A stretch of DNA of 64,000 bases from an uncultured Actinomycetota bacterium (GCA_963778505.1 CAVZUH010000004.1:1165607-1229606); one strand, 5' to 3'. Positions 20,909 to 32,364 are shown, counted from the first letter of the stretch. Numbers and translations are program-made. The notes: generated by a model not told the origin, from the sequence alone.

Positions 20909-21875
20909 GTGGACCCTGTCCGCGGCGCTCAACCGAGCGCTGATCGATGCGATGGAGGAGGACCCGCGGCTGCTGGTGTACGGCGAGGACGTGGGGAGGC
21001 TCGGCGGCGTCTTCCGCGTCACGGACGGGTTGCAGGCGAAGTTCGGTGAGGATCGGGTCTTCGACACGCCGATCGCGGAGGCCGGTATCGTCGGCGCCGC
21101 GATCGGCCTCGCGCTCACCGGGTGGAGGAGCGTCGTCGAGATGCAGTTCGACGGGTTCTCGTATCCGGCTTTCGAGCAGATCGTGTCGCACGTCGCGAAA
21201 TACCGGACGCGGACGCGTGGGCGCGTGGACCTGCCGATCGTGATCCGGATCCCCTCGTTCGGCGGGATCCGCGGCAAGGAACACCACGGCGAGAGCCCCG
21301 AGACCTACTACGCGCACACGGCGGGACTGAAGGTGGTGGCTCCCTCGACCGCGCTCGACGGATACCGACTGCTCCGCCTCTCGATCGCGGATCCGGACCC
21401 GGTGGTGTTCCTGGAACCGAAGGCGAGGTACTGGGCGAAGGAGGAAGGAGAGCTCGCGACCGGCGGTCCCGGGATCGGCGAGGGTCGCGTCGTGCGCGAC
21501 GGGGACGCCTGCGCGGTGTTCGCCTACGGAGCGATGGTGTCGCGGTGCCTGGATGCGGCCGACGCGCTGGAGACCGAAGGGATCTCCGTTCGCGTGGTCG
21601 ACCTTCGTTGGCTGGCTCCGCTCGACGTCGACCTGATCGGTCGCTGCGCCCGCGAAACCGGACGCGCCGTCGTGGTGCACGAGGCCCCGAAGACGCTCGG
21701 GATGGGCGGCGAGGTCGCCGCCAGGATCATGGAGGAAGCGTTCGACTTCCTCCAGGCCCCGGTCGCGCGCGTGACCGGTTGGGACGTGCCGTATCCCCCG
21801 GCGGCGCTCGAGCACCGGTACCTCCCGAGCGTGGAGCGGATCGCGGCCGCGATCCGACGGGTGACCTCGTACTGA
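20901..21875 (+). CDS. 2-oxoacid dehydrogenase E1 beta subunit
   Basis: Intact 324-aa ORF with GEDVGRLGGVFRVT, VFDTPIAEAGIVGAAIGLAL and VVDLRWLAPLD. It overlaps the E1 alpha stop. Confidence 0.9.
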
Positions 21876-23018
21876 TGACGGAGCGGGTCTTCGCGATGCC
21901 CGACCTGGGCGAGGGCCTCGAGGAGGGCGAGATCGTCTCGTGGCTCGTCGCCGAGGGTGACGATGTCGAGCTGAACCAACCGCTCGTGGAGGTCGAGACG
22001 GCGAAGGCGACCGTGGAGATCCCCTCGCCCTTCGCCGGCGCGATCGCGAAGCTGCATGCGGACGCCGGCGACGCCGTCGCGGTCGGGGCTCCGTTGGTCA
22101 CGTTCCGCGTCCTTGGCGGCGTCGCCGCCGCCGCCGCCGGAAGGGCGGCCGCGGCGACACGCTCGGCCGACCTTCCATCCGAGCCGGTGGCCGCCACGCC
22201 GGCGGTCCGGAGGCTGGCGAAAGACCTCGGCGTCGACCTGGCGACCGTCTCCGGGACCGGACCCGACGGTCGGGTGACCATCGATGATGTTCGGGGAGCG
22301 ACCGGTGCCGACGAGGCTCGTGGTGAAGGCGCCACCGCCTCCGACGCGGCCGGCGTTGAGCGGGTCCCCGTCTCGCCGATCCGGCGGACGATCGCCCGCA
22401 GGATGGAGCAGGCGGCGGCGATCCCGCAGGTGACCACGTTCCGGTCCGTGGACGCCACCGCACTGGAGGAAGTGCGCATGGAACTCGGCGTTTCCCCTCT
22501 CCCCCTGTTCGTCGCGGCGCTGTGCCGCACGATCGCGGCTCACCCGATCCTGAACGCTGCCTGGTCGGACGACGTGATCGTGGTCGACACCACCGTGCAC
22601 GTGGGCATCGCCGTGGACACCGAGCGAGGTCTCCTCGTGCCCGTGCTCCGCGGTGCGGGTTCGCGAGTCGTCGCCGACGTGAGCGCGGAGATCCGCCGCC
22701 TGGCGGAGGCCGCCCGCGCCGGTTCCCTCTCGCCCGAGGAGGCGACGGGAGCCACGATCTCCGTGAGCAACACCGGGAGCTACGGCAGCGAGGCCGGCAC
22801 CCCCCTCCTCAACCCGCCCAACGCCGTCACGATCGCCCTGGGGGTCATCGAACCGCGCGCGCTCGTCACCGGGCGGCGCCGTCGAGGCCCGGCCCGCGTG
22901 CACGATCAGCCTGACGTTCGACCATCGCGTGCTCGACGGCGCCACCGCCGGCCGCGCGCTCACCGACCTCGTCGACCTGCTCGAGGACGCCGACGCTCTC
23001 CGCGCGTTGCCGAGTTAA
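21875..23018 (+). CDS. dihydrolipoamide acyltransferase E2; one +1 break at about 22865
   Basis: Lipoyl domain (LVEVETAKATVEIPSP), subunit-binding domain (ATPAVRRLAKDLGVDLATVSGTGPDGRV), and a catalytic domain ending in the next frame with LTFDHRVLDGATAGRAL. The span is 1144 nt, 1 mod 3. Confidence 0.85.
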
Positions 23019-23029
23019 CGTTGCCCGCC

Positions 23030-23946
23030 ATGAAGGTCGTGTCCCTGCTCCCATCGGCGACCGAGATCGTGTTCGCGCTCGGTCTCGGCGACTCGCTCGT
23101 CGGTGTCACCGACGAGTGCGACTTCCCACCCGAGGCCGTCACGAAGCCGGTCGTCTCCCGGAGCGCGCTCCCCCAGGGCCGGCCCCTTTCCGCCCGCGAG
23201 ATCGACCAGGCGGTGCGGGGCAAGCTGGACGCGAAGCAGCCTCTCTACGTCCTGGACACCGATCTGCTCCGTCGCGAGCATCCCGACGTGGTGCTCACCC
23301 AGGATCTCTGCCGTGTCTGCGCCGTGCCGTCGGGGCAGGTCCAGGAGGCACTCGACAAGCTCGGTCTTCCCGACGCGAAGGTGTTGTCGTTGGACCCGAG
23401 CACGCTCGAGGAGGTCATCTCGCGAGATCGACGCGGTCGGGAAGCTCCTTGAACGGGTGGACGAGGCAGTCGAAGCTGACGGCATCGCTCCGAGAACGCG
23501 TGGCCAAGGTCAAGGAGGTGGGCCGGCGCCTCCCCATGTTGAACGTGTTCTGCATGGAGTGGTCCGATCCGCCCTTCGCGGCGGGCCACTGGGTGCCGGA
23601 GATGGTGGAGGCGGCCGCCGGCGTCAACCTGCTCTCCGAGAAGGCCGGCCCCTCGCACGTCGTCACCCATCGTGAGATCCGCGACGCGAACCCGGAGGCG
23701 ATCGTGTTCATGCCCTGCGGCTACTACCTGGAGGAGGCCGAGGAGGAAGCAACGGCCGTGTTCCGGCACGCCGAGCTTCAGGAGACGCCCGCGGTGCGCA
23801 ACGGCAACGTCTTCGCCGTGGATGCGACGTCGTACTTCTCCAGACCCGGCCCTCGGATCGTGGACGGGCTGGAGATCCTCGCCTGGGCGCTGCATCCGGA
23901 CGCCTTCCCCGAGCCCCCACCGGGCCGCATCTCGCGGGTCGGATAG
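23030..23946 (+). CDS. BtuF/FhuD-type (class III) solute-binding-fold protein without a signal peptide; two +1 breaks
   Basis: MKVVSLLPSATEIVFALGLGDSLVGVTDECDFP, DVVLTQDLCRVC, then in other frames MEWSDPPFAAGHWVPEMV and PGPRIVDGLEILAWALHP. Confidence 0.6.
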
Positions 23947-23957
23947 GCTCAAGCGGG

Positions 23958-24164
23958 ATGGCCGGCCGGAACCTCGTCACGCCCGACGACCTGGGCAAGC
24001 GCGTGTCGTTCCAGTTCGAGCTCCCCAACGGCTACGTCGGGGAAGCGGTCGGGATGCTCGAACGCTGGGACGAGGACGCCGAGACCTACTTCGTCCGGAA
24101 GAAGGACGGGACGGAGGTGCGCGTGCCGGCGCGCGGCGTCCGCTACGGCAAGATCGTGGAGTGA
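23958..24164 (+). CDS. small hypothetical protein (68 aa)
   Basis: Intact ORF MAGRNLVTPDDLGKRVSFQFELPNGYVGEAVGMLERWDEDAETYFVRKKDGTEVRVPARGVRYGKIVE, with a beta-rich SH3-like look. Confidence 0.45.
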   Translation: MAGRNLVTPDDLGKRVSFQFELPNGYVGEAVGMLERWDEDAETYFVRKKDGTEVRVPARGVRYGKIVE

Positions 24165-24165
24165 G

Positions 24166-24549
24166 CTAGGAGGCCCTGGCGAGGCCGCCCAGAACGTCGA
24201 TCAGCACCTCGACATCGAAGGGCTTCGGGACGAACGCGTCGGCCCCGAGGGCCGTGGCCTTCTCCTTGTCGTCGGGGCCGGTGAGGGCGCTCACGATCAC
24301 GATGCGAGGCCGCTCCGCGACGGGCAGCTTGGTCAACTCCTTGAGGACCGCCCAGCCGTCCATCTCCGGCATCATGAGGTCGAGCACCATCAGCATGGGG
24401 TGGTGCTTGTCGAGCTCCTCGAGCGCCTCCACGCCGTTGCTGGCCGTGAAGGTCCGGTAGCCCTCGTGCTCCAAGGTGAACCGGAGGACCCACGCGACCT
24501 GTGGCTCGTCGTCGACGACCAGGACGCTCCCATGTCCGTTCGTGTCCAT
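24166..24549 (-). CDS. stand-alone response-regulator receiver domain protein (CheY-like)
   Basis: 127 aa from ATG 24549, with VLVVDDEP, MLMVLDLMMPEMDG, IVSALT and FVPKPF. Confidence 0.85.
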   Translation of the reverse strand: MDTNGHGSVLVVDDEPQVAWVLRFTLEHEGYRTFTASNGVEALEELDKHHPMLMVLDLMMPEMDGWAVLKELTKLPVAERPRIVIVSALTGPDDKEKATALGADAFVPKPFDVEVLIDVLGGLARAS

Positions 24550-24709
24550 CTCACCTATCCCTACGGCCTCGGGGACCTCGGCGCTCCATACATCCAACGG
24601 GCCGTTTCCCTCTGGGCCACCTGGCGTCCGCCGTTCGACCGATGCTCCCAGCACGGGGGACTGATACCTAGTCATCATGAGGCAGAACGGACGAAGACTG
24701 GTGACATCG

Positions 24710-25708
24710 TCACACGAAGTGCACGCCGGGACGGGAGGAGACCTCGCCGACCCGGAAGGCCGCGTGCGCGCCGCGACCCAGCACTTCCTCAACCGACCCG
24801 GGCGCGACGAGGAGCAGCATCCCGATCCCCATGTTGAAGGTGGCGAACATGTCGTCGTCCGAAGCAGCGGCCGCTTCGCGAACGAGCTCGAAGATCGGAT
24901 GCTCCGCCCAGGAGCCACGATGGATCGTCGCCCCGAGCCCATCGGGCAAGACCCTGGGGAGGTTCTCGAACCAGCCACCGCCGGTGACGTGGGCAGCCGC
25001 GTGGACCAGGCCGTCGCGCGCGAGCGAGACCACTTCCGGCGCATAGATCGCGCACGGCTCGAGGAGCTCGTCGGCGAGCGGTCGGTCGAGGCCGGGCGGT
25101 ACCGCGCCGAGGTCGAAGCCGGGCAGGACCGCCGAGCGCACCAGCGAATAGCCGTTCGCATGCAGGCCGCTCGAAGCGAGCCCGACGATGACGTCGCCCT
25201 CGGTGACCCGTTCGGGACCGAGGAGGGATGCTTCGTCCACCGCACCGACGCAGAAGCCCGCGAGGTCGAAGGCGTCCTCCGCCATCAGCCCCGGATGCTC
25301 GGCGGTCTCGCCTCCCAGGAGGGCGCACCCCGCCCGGCGGCATCCCTCCGCGACACCTTCGACGATCGAGGCGACACGCGTGGGCTCCACCCGGCCGACG
25401 GCCAGGTAGTCGAGGAAGAACAGGGGCTCTGCGCCGGTACAGGCCACGTCGTCGGCACACATCGCCACGAGGTCGATCCCGACCGTGTCCAGCCGCCCTG
25501 TCTTTCGCGCGATCTCGAGCTTCGTCCCGACGCCGTCGGTGGCCGCCGCGAGGAGCCGATCCTCGCCGATCCGGTAGAGCCCGGCGAAGCCGCCCACCCG
25601 ATCGGCGACCTCGGGGCGCCTCGCGCTCGCGGCGAGATCGGCGATCAGGGCGACCGCCTCGGCCGCGGCCTCCGTGTCGACGCCGGCGTCGCGGTAGGCC
25701 CCGCTCAC
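24710..25708 (-). CDS. purM: phosphoribosylformylglycinamidine cyclo-ligase (AIR synthetase)
   Basis: GTG start at 25708 in a GTGA overlap with the reconstructed purF stop. Motifs YRDAGVD, ATDGVGTKL, FLDYLA and GGETAEHPG. 333 codons. Confidence 0.9.
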   Translation of the reverse strand: MSGAYRDAGVDTEAAAEAVALIADLAASARRPEVADRVGGFAGLYRIGEDRLLAAATDGVGTKLEIARKTGRLDTVGIDLVAMCADDVACTGAEPLFFLDYLAVGRVEPTRVASIVEGVAEGCRRAGCALLGGETAEHPGLMAEDAFDLAGFCVGAVDEASLLGPERVTEGDVIVGLASSGLHANGYSLVRSAVLPGFDLGAVPPGLDRPLADELLEPCAIYAPEVVSLARDGLVHAAAHVTGGGWFENLPRVLPDGLGATIHRGSWAEHPIFELVREAAAASDDDMFATFNMGIGMLLLVAPGSVEEVLGRGAHAAFRVGEVSSRPGVHFV

Positions 25709-27118
25709 GCCGTCGGGAGCTGGAGCTGATCCTCCAGCACGAACTTGCCCGGCGTGCTCCGGGACGGCGATCGGGTATTCGCCGTCGAAGCACGCGCGAC
25801 AGAAGTCCCCGGCCGGCTCCCCGGTCGCCCGGACGAGCCCCTCGAGCGAGAGGTAGCCGAGGGAGTCGGCGCCGACGTAGGCGCGGATCTCGTCGACGGC
25901 GAGGTCGGCCGCGACGAGCTCCGCGCGCGTGCTCATGTCGATCCCGTAGAAGCAGGGCCAGCGGATCGGCGGGCACGTGATCCGGATGTGGATCTCGGCG
26001 GCGCCGGCCTCCCGGAGCATGGCCACGATCTGTCTGGTCGTCGTCCCCCGGACGATCGAGTCGTCGACCACGATCAGGCGCTTGCCCCGGATCGAGTCCG
26101 GCAGGGGGTTCAGCTTCAGCTTCACGCCTCGCTCGCGGAGCGATTGGGACGGCTGGATGAACGTGCGGCCGACGTACTGGTTCTTGTGCAGCCCGTCGCC
26201 GTAGGGGATCCCCGAGACCTCCGAGAATCCCTGCGCGGCCGAATGGCCGGTATTCGGGACGGCGATCACCATGTCGGCGTCGGCGGGGTGCTCGGCGGCG
26301 AGGGTGCGGCCCATCTCACGCCGCGCCTCGTGCACCGAGACGCCCTTCATCCGTGAGTCCGCCCGAGACAGGTACACGAACTCGAAGATGCACAGCGCGG
26401 CACGCGGGCTTGGTGCGAAGCGGGAGGAATGCAGGCCCCGGTCGTCGATCCGGACCAGCTCGCCGGGCTCGACCTCACGGATGAAGGTGGCACCGACGAT
26501 GTCGAGGGCGCACGTCTCCGAGGCGACGACGAAGCCCTTGGGGAGCTTTCCCACCGCGAGCGGCCGGAGTCCGTGGGGGTCTCGGGCGGCGAAGACCGAG
26601 CGCTCGTCGGCCATCACGAAGCAGAACGCGCCTTCGAGCTCGGGGAGCACACGCATCGCGGCCCCCTCGAGATCGTGATGGGCCATCTCGGATGCGAGCA
26701 TCGTCGCGACGAGGTCGGAGTCGGTCGTTGCGGCGGAGGAGCGACCCAGACGTGAGACCAGCTCCCTCGTGTTCACCAGGTTCCCGTTGTGCCCCAGCGC
26801 GAGCGCTCGAACGCCGTCGTTCTTGAACACGGGTTGCGCGTTGTCCCACGTCGTGGAACCGGTGGTCGAATAGCGCGTGTGGCCGACGGCGAGGTCACCT
26901 TGCAGCGTCGCCAGCGTGGCCTCGTTGAAGACCTGCGCGACCAACCCGAGATCCTTGTAGATCAAGATGTTTTGGCCATCGGAGACCGCGATCCCCGCCG
27001 ACTCCTGGCCGCGGTGCTGCTGGGCGAAGAGCCCGAAGTACGTCAGACGAGCGACGTCCTCACCCGGGGCCCACACCCCGAACAGGCCGCATTCGTCTTT
27101 GGGACTCTCCGCTCCCAC
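25705..27118 (-). CDS. purF: amidophosphoribosyltransferase; one +1 break (ccc run at 25748-25750) that fuses it in frame to purM as sequenced
   Basis: Ntn-type CGLFGVW near the N-terminus, HNGNLVN, and PRTase loop LIVVDDSIVRGTT. After removing one base the C-terminus reads GKFVLEDQLQLPTA-stop. The span is 1414 nt, 1 mod 3. Confidence 0.9.
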
Positions 27119-27179
27119 TTGAGGTCAGTCTACCGGCGGGTGTCACCCCTCCCGGGGAAGGCTCCAGTGAGAGTCGGGC

Positions 27180-28266
27180 TCAGCGGTCGAGGCGATAGAA
27201 GCGGAGGAAGTCGTGTTCGATCGGCATGACCGAGACCTCGTCGAAGCCGGCGTCCTTCGCGTACCTCCGGAAGGTCGTCTGTCGCATGACGGTCCCTGTC
27301 GCCGCCGAGCGTGTGGTCGTCCATCGCCGACGGTAAGCAACACAGGACGCTGTAGGCGTAGAAGAGCCGCTCGGTCTCGCTCGCCGGTGCGGTGAACGAC
27401 TCTTCGGTTCGCTCGTCGGCGACGATCAGCGTTCCGCCGGGTTTGAGCATCTCCCTGATCGCGCGCAGCACGGCGATGGGCTGCGAGAGATCGTGGATCG
27501 ACTCCACCACGATCGCGAGGTCGTACCGACCCTCCATCCCTGGAGCGGCGCCGTCCCTCGCCTCGAACCGGACGCGATCCGCGACACCGGCCTCCTCTGC
27601 GTTCCTCGATGCCATCTCGATCGACGTCTCGTCGAGGTCGAAGCCATCGACGGTGATGTTCGGATAGGCGCGTGCCAGCGAGATGGCCGCCCAACCGACG
27701 CCGCAAGCCACATCGGCGACCTTCGCGCCGGGTTCGCCTGCCAGCCGTGCGTCAAGATCCGGGATCGAAGGCAGGTACTCGGTGCCGAGGGAACCGACCA
27801 GCCACGGCCGGTTGAAATCCCCCTGCGCCTCGACCATGTCGCGGCCGTACGCGCTCCAGGGGACCTCGCCTCCTGAGCGGAACGCGGCGACGAGGTCAGG
27901 CATCGCGCGGGACACGGCGACGAAGGACTTGCAGAGAGGCGCGATCGAGAAGGGGCTGTCGGGATCGAGGAGCGCCTCCACGTGTCCCGGCGGGAGCAGA
28001 TACCGGCGTTCGTCGGCCTCGGCCGACACGTCGTCGACGGCGAGGATGCCGGCGGCGGCCTGTTGCTCGAGCCACTCTCTCGCGTATCGCTCGAAGATCC
28101 CCGTCTCCTTCGCGAGCTCGGAGGCCGTCATCGGGCCGGCTCGCTCGAGGGCCCGATAGAGACCGAGCGTGTCTCCGAGGTAGACCGTCAACACCTCCGC
28201 CATCCCGAGGCTCGCCGCGAAGAGTCGCTCCACGAGCTCATCGCGCTGTTGGTCTGTAGCGGTCAT
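27180..28266 (-). CDS. SAM-dependent methyltransferase with an N-terminal winged-helix domain; one +1 break near the 3' end
   Basis: MTASELAKETGIFERYAREWLEQQAAAGIL (wHTH), motif I KVADVACGVGW, and LKPGGTLIV. The C-terminus in the next frame reads GFDEVSVMPIEHDFLRFYRLDR-stop. Confidence 0.75.
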
Positions 28267-28343
28267 GACGATTCCTCCTCGAGCCTCCGGACTCGCGGAT
28301 ACTCGATGCTTGGCTCAGCAGGCGTCAAGCCCGCGAAGGATCC

Positions 28344-28967
28344 TCATCGTGGCCGCACGGTGGGCAACGACCCCTCGAGGGTGAGGAGGCTGCGCTTGCG
28401 GGACGGTCCTCCGGCATATCCACCGACGTCGCCACCGGTGCGGAGCACCCGGTGGCACGGGACCACGATCGGGATCGGGTTGGAGCCGAGGGCGTTGCCG
28501 ACCGCGCGCGAAGCGCTCGGTCGGCCGATCCGCTCCGCCAGCGCACCGTAGGTCGTCGTCCGACCGAAGGGCACCCGGGCGGTCGCCGCCAGGACGTCCC
28601 GAGCGATCCCTCGCATCAGCCTGCGGTCCAGCTTCAAATCGAATCGGGTCCGTTCGCCGGCGAAGTACTCGTCGAGCTGTCGCCGGACCTCGTCGGTCGC
28701 CGCGGGGTGCTCGAGGATGCGGGGCGAGAGCTGACGCGCGAAGCGACTGAGCAGCTCGTCCCGCTCCTCTTCCTCGAACGCCACGGAGGCCAAGCCGCGG
28801 GGCGTGACCGCGAGGAGCAGCTCTCCGACGGGGCTCTCGAACGCACCGAGGGCCACGTCGAGGAGGCCGTTCTCGGCGGCGGCGGCGGCGATGGCCGCGG
28901 CCGCCGCCTCGGCGCGGCGGCCGGCGTCCCGGCCGCCCCCCAGCTTCCTCAGGTCCTTCGTGTTCAT
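28344..28967 (-). CDS. ogt: methylated-DNA-protein-cysteine methyltransferase
   Basis: Intact 207-aa ORF with active site IPIVVPCHRVL, helix-turn-helix TTTYGALAERIGRPSASRAVGNALGSNP and an N-terminal Ada/Ogt-type domain. Its ATG overlaps the sigma gene stop (ATGA). Confidence 0.9.
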   Translation of the reverse strand: MNTKDLRKLGGGRDAGRRAEAAAAAIAAAAAENGLLDVALGAFESPVGELLLAVTPRGLASVAFEEEERDELLSRFARQLSPRILEHPAATDEVRRQLDEYFAGERTRFDLKLDRRLMRGIARDVLAATARVPFGRTTTYGALAERIGRPSASRAVGNALGSNPIPIVVPCHRVLRTGGDVGGYAGGPSRKRSLLTLEGSLPTVRPR

Positions 28968-29533
28968 CCCATCAGCTCCCTCAGCTTCTTCACGCCCTGG
29001 TACACGTTCGCCCGGGCCGCCTCCTCGGAGATCCCGAGGGCCTCCGCGACGTCGGCGTAGCTCCGATCCAGGACGTGGCGATGGACCACCGCCATGCGCT
29101 GCTTCGGCGGGAGGCTCGACACCGCCGCCCTCAGATCGCCGTCGAACTCCGGCTGCCCGCTCGGAGTGGCCGGGCGCTCCGGCAGCTCGTCGGACGGGAC
29201 CGCCCGGCGACCGGCGGCTCGATGATGATCGATGGCCTTCCGCGAGGCGATCCGCAGGATCCACCGGTCGAGCCTCGATGCATCCGTGAGCCGCGGATAC
29301 GCCCGGAGTGCCGCCACGAAGGTGTCCTGGAAGCAATCGTCGGCCTCGTGAGGGCCGACGGCCGCCATGAGGAACCGGTAGACGGTGCCCTGGTGCTCCT
29401 CGAGGAATTCGTTGAATGGCGGGAGCTCCACGACCTGAGATGCAACCACACCTCGAACAACGTGCGGGCGGTCCCTCACGTGAAAAAGGGAGTCGAGGTG
29501 CGGCTGTTTGAGGCGGAAGGCTCGGGCGTACAC
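28964..29533 (-). CDS. ECF-type RNA polymerase sigma factor
   Basis: Region 2 (ADDCFQDTFVAALRAYPRL, RLDRWILRIASRKAIDHHR) and region 4 (LPPKQRMAVVHRHVLDRSYADVAEALGISEEAARANVYQGVKKL). The true start may be internal. Confidence 0.85.
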   Translation of the reverse strand: MYARAFRLKQPHLDSLFHVRDRPHVVRGVVASQVVELPPFNEFLEEHQGTVYRFLMAAVGPHEADDCFQDTFVAALRAYPRLTDASRLDRWILRIASRKAIDHHRAAGRRAVPSDELPERPATPSGQPEFDGDLRAAVSSLPPKQRMAVVHRHVLDRSYADVAEALGISEEAARANVYQGVKKLRELMG

Positions 29534-29647
29534 CTGGTGGAATAGGAGATAGTTGCCGGGAAACCCTATCGCGGCGCGGTCACCTGTCGGCTGCGGTCTA
29601 CGCGCCGGATCCTCCTTGACCTGGCGTCGTCACCGTAGACTCGAGAC

Positions 29648-29998
29648 ATGCGGTTCGGGCGGTTCGCGTTCGGAACGATCGAGGTCGACGGCACGACGTA
29701 CGAGCACGATCTCGTGATCGATCGCGGGGACCTCAGGAAGCGGAGGAAAGGGCCGTCGAAGGCTCTCCGGTCCCAGTACGGCCACACGCCGCTCTCCCCG
29801 CTCGAGGACATCCCGTGGGACTGTCGGCGTCTGGTGATCGGGAGCGGAGCCGCCGGCGCCCTGCCGATCGTCGACGAGGTCGCCGAAGAGGCGCAACGGC
29901 GAGGGGTCGAGCTGATCGTCCTCCCGACGTCCGAGGCGATCCGGCAGCTCGAGGGTGCGGAGGGCGGCACCAACGCGATCCTCCACGTGACCTGCTGA
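29648..29998 (+). CDS. Mth938-like (DUF498) domain protein
   Basis: Intact 116-aa ORF with GTIEVDGTTYEHDLVI, RLVIGSGAAGALP, GVELIVLPTSEAIRQ and NAILHVTC. Confidence 0.65.
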   Translation: MRFGRFAFGTIEVDGTTYEHDLVIDRGDLRKRRKGPSKALRSQYGHTPLSPLEDIPWDCRRLVIGSGAAGALPIVDEVAEEAQRRGVELIVLPTSEAIRQLEGAEGGTNAILHVTC

Positions 29999-30152
29999 GG
30001 TCCAGCCGGGCATGACCCTCGGGAGGGACACGACTGTTGGCTTCGCGCGACAGGCGGCGAGGGCACCACCCCTTGATCTTCTGCGTGATCTGCACCTGCC
30101 GCTCGGGTTCGGCCGAGCGCCATCGTCTCCTCATGCTCAGCCATACGAGGTT

Positions 30153-32364
30153 TCAAGACGCCTCGCCAAGGAGCTTCGGGATCGCGCTTTCCCAGACCTC
30201 GGCGAGCTTCGACACGGTCGCGTCCAGCATGCCGTCGATCACGGCTCGAGGGCCCCCGGTCTCGCCGAGCCGCTCGAACGGCACCCCTCGCGTCGCGGCG
30301 AGTCCTCGGAGCGAGTCCTCCCGCTCCGGGAGCCACGGACACCACGACCCGCGAGGCCGACTCGCCGAAGAGCAGGACGTGCGGCGGGAGGTCTCCCGCG
30401 AGCGTGACCGCGAAGCCGTGTCCGCCGAGGATCGCGCACTCCGCGAGCGTGACGGCCACGCCGCCGTCGGAGCAGTCGTGTGCCGACGCGAGGAGGTCGC
30501 CGCCCGCGGCCTCCTGCAGCAGGTCCTGGAGCCGTCGCTCGACCTCGAGATCGAGCGCCGGCGGCATCCCCGCGACCATGCCCAGCACCGTCTCGGCGAA
30601 CTCGGACCCCCCGAGCTCCGCGAACGACTCCCCCAGGAGGTAGACGGCCAAACCGGGCGACGGGAACCCTGTGGGCAGGCGTAGTCGGTAGTCGGCGAGC
30701 GACCCGAGGACGCCCACCACCGGAGTGGGCCAGATCGCCGAGCCGCCCGATTCGTTGTAGAAGCTGACGTTCCCGCCGGTGACCGGCGTGTCGAGCGCGA
30801 GGCAGGCGTCGCGCATCCCGCGGATCGCCTCGGAGAACTGCCACATCACCTCGGGCCGCTCCGGGTTGCCGAAGTTCAGGCAGTTCGTGATCGCGAGCGG
30901 CTTCGCGCCGGTCACCGCGACGTTCCGGGCGGCCTCGGCGACGGCGTGCGCACCGCCGAGGTACGGATCCAGCGAGCCGTATCGCCCGTTCCCGTCGACC
31001 GACAGCGCGAGCCCCTTCATCGTTCCCGGCACGCGGACGACGGCCGCATCCGAGCCCGGGCCTGCGACGGTCTGCCCCTGGACCATGCGGTCGTACTGCT
31101 CGAAGACCCACCGCTTCGACGCGACGTTGGGCGCAGCCAGGAGCGACCGGAGCGCGTCGCCGAGATCGCCGTCGAACGGCGCGAACGTGGGATCGTCTCC
31201 GTTCGCAGGGATCGACCGCATCGGACGCTCGTACACGGGCGCCTTCTCCGTGAGCGAGAGCGCCGGGACCTTCGCGACCTGTTGGCCGGCGAGGTGCACG
31301 TCGAGGTCCCCACCCGGCTCCAGCGTGGCCACGACCGCCGTCGCGAGGCCCCACTTCGCGCAGACCGCGCGGACCTGGTCCAGCTTCGACGGATGCACGA
31401 TCGCGAGCATCCGCTCCTGCGACTCCGACGTGAGGATCTCGAACGCCTCCATCCCCGGCTCGCGGAGCGGCACGACGTCGAGGTCCAGCCGCGCGCCCGA
31501 AGCCCGGATCGCGCGGCGGACTCGCTGACGGCGCACGTGAGCCCGGCGCCGCCGAGGTCCTGCAACCCCTCGAGCAGATCCTCGTCGACCAGCTCGAGCG
31601 AGGCCTCGATCAGGAGCTTCTCCGAGAACGGGTCGCCGATCTGCACGGACGGGCGCGACCCTTCGCTCCCCTCCTCGATCGTGGCCGACGCGAGCACCGA
31701 GACGCCGCCGATCCCGTCGCGGCCGGTCGTCGCCCCGTACAGGACCATCAGCGAACCCGCGCTCGGCGCGTGCGTCGCCGACGGTCATCAGCCGGTCGGC
31801 CCGCGCGATCCCGACGCACAGCACGTTCACGGTCGGATTCGCCGAATGCGGTTCGGCGAACCGGACCTCGCCGCCGACGGTGGGCACGCCGATGCAGTTG
31901 CCGTAGCCGCCGATCCCCGCGACGACACCTTCGAGGAGCCACCGGTTCCGCTCGTCCTCCAGCGGCCCGAACATCAGCGGATCCAGCAGCGCCACCGGGC
32001 GAGCGCCCATCGAGACGATGTCGCGGACGATCCCGCCGACGCCGGTCGCCGCGCCCTGATACGGCTCGATCGCGCTGGGGTGCGAATGGGATTCCATCTT
32101 GAAGACGGCGGCGATGCCGTCGCCGACGTCGACCGCACCGGCATCCTGCCCGGGACCGACCAGCACCGCGGGGCCTTCCGTCGGAAGCGTCCGGAGGTGG
32201 GTCTTGGAGGACTTGTAGGAGCAGTGCTCCGACCACATCGCCGCGTACATCGCGAGCTCGGTGCGATTGGGATCGCGCCCGAGCGCATCCCGGATCATCC
32301 CGAGCTCGTCGTCGCGCAGGCCGAGCTGGCGGTGGAGCGGCTCCGAGCCGGCCTCGGCGCTCAC
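30153..32364 (-). CDS. purL: phosphoribosylformylglycinamidine synthase subunit PurL; about 4 frame breaks
   Basis: [36 protein letters not shown] and [12 protein letters not shown], with the C-terminus [10 protein letters not shown]-stop. The GTG start overlaps the purQ stop (GTGA). Confidence 0.9.

Noticed and set aside
24565-24579. The 15-nt string ggcctcggggacctc, shared with 62529-62543.
   Set aside because: At this GC content, many chance 15-mer matches are expected in 64 kb, and the flanks do not align.
24710-27118. A single 802-aa ORF that looks like a PurF-PurM fusion protein.
   Set aside because: Removing one base from the ccc run at 25748-25750 restores a normal PurF C-terminus (GKFVLEDQLQLPTA-stop). 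That stop overlaps a GTG start for purM (GTGA), the same junction type as the other pur genes. The fusion is therefore most likely a +1 artefact.
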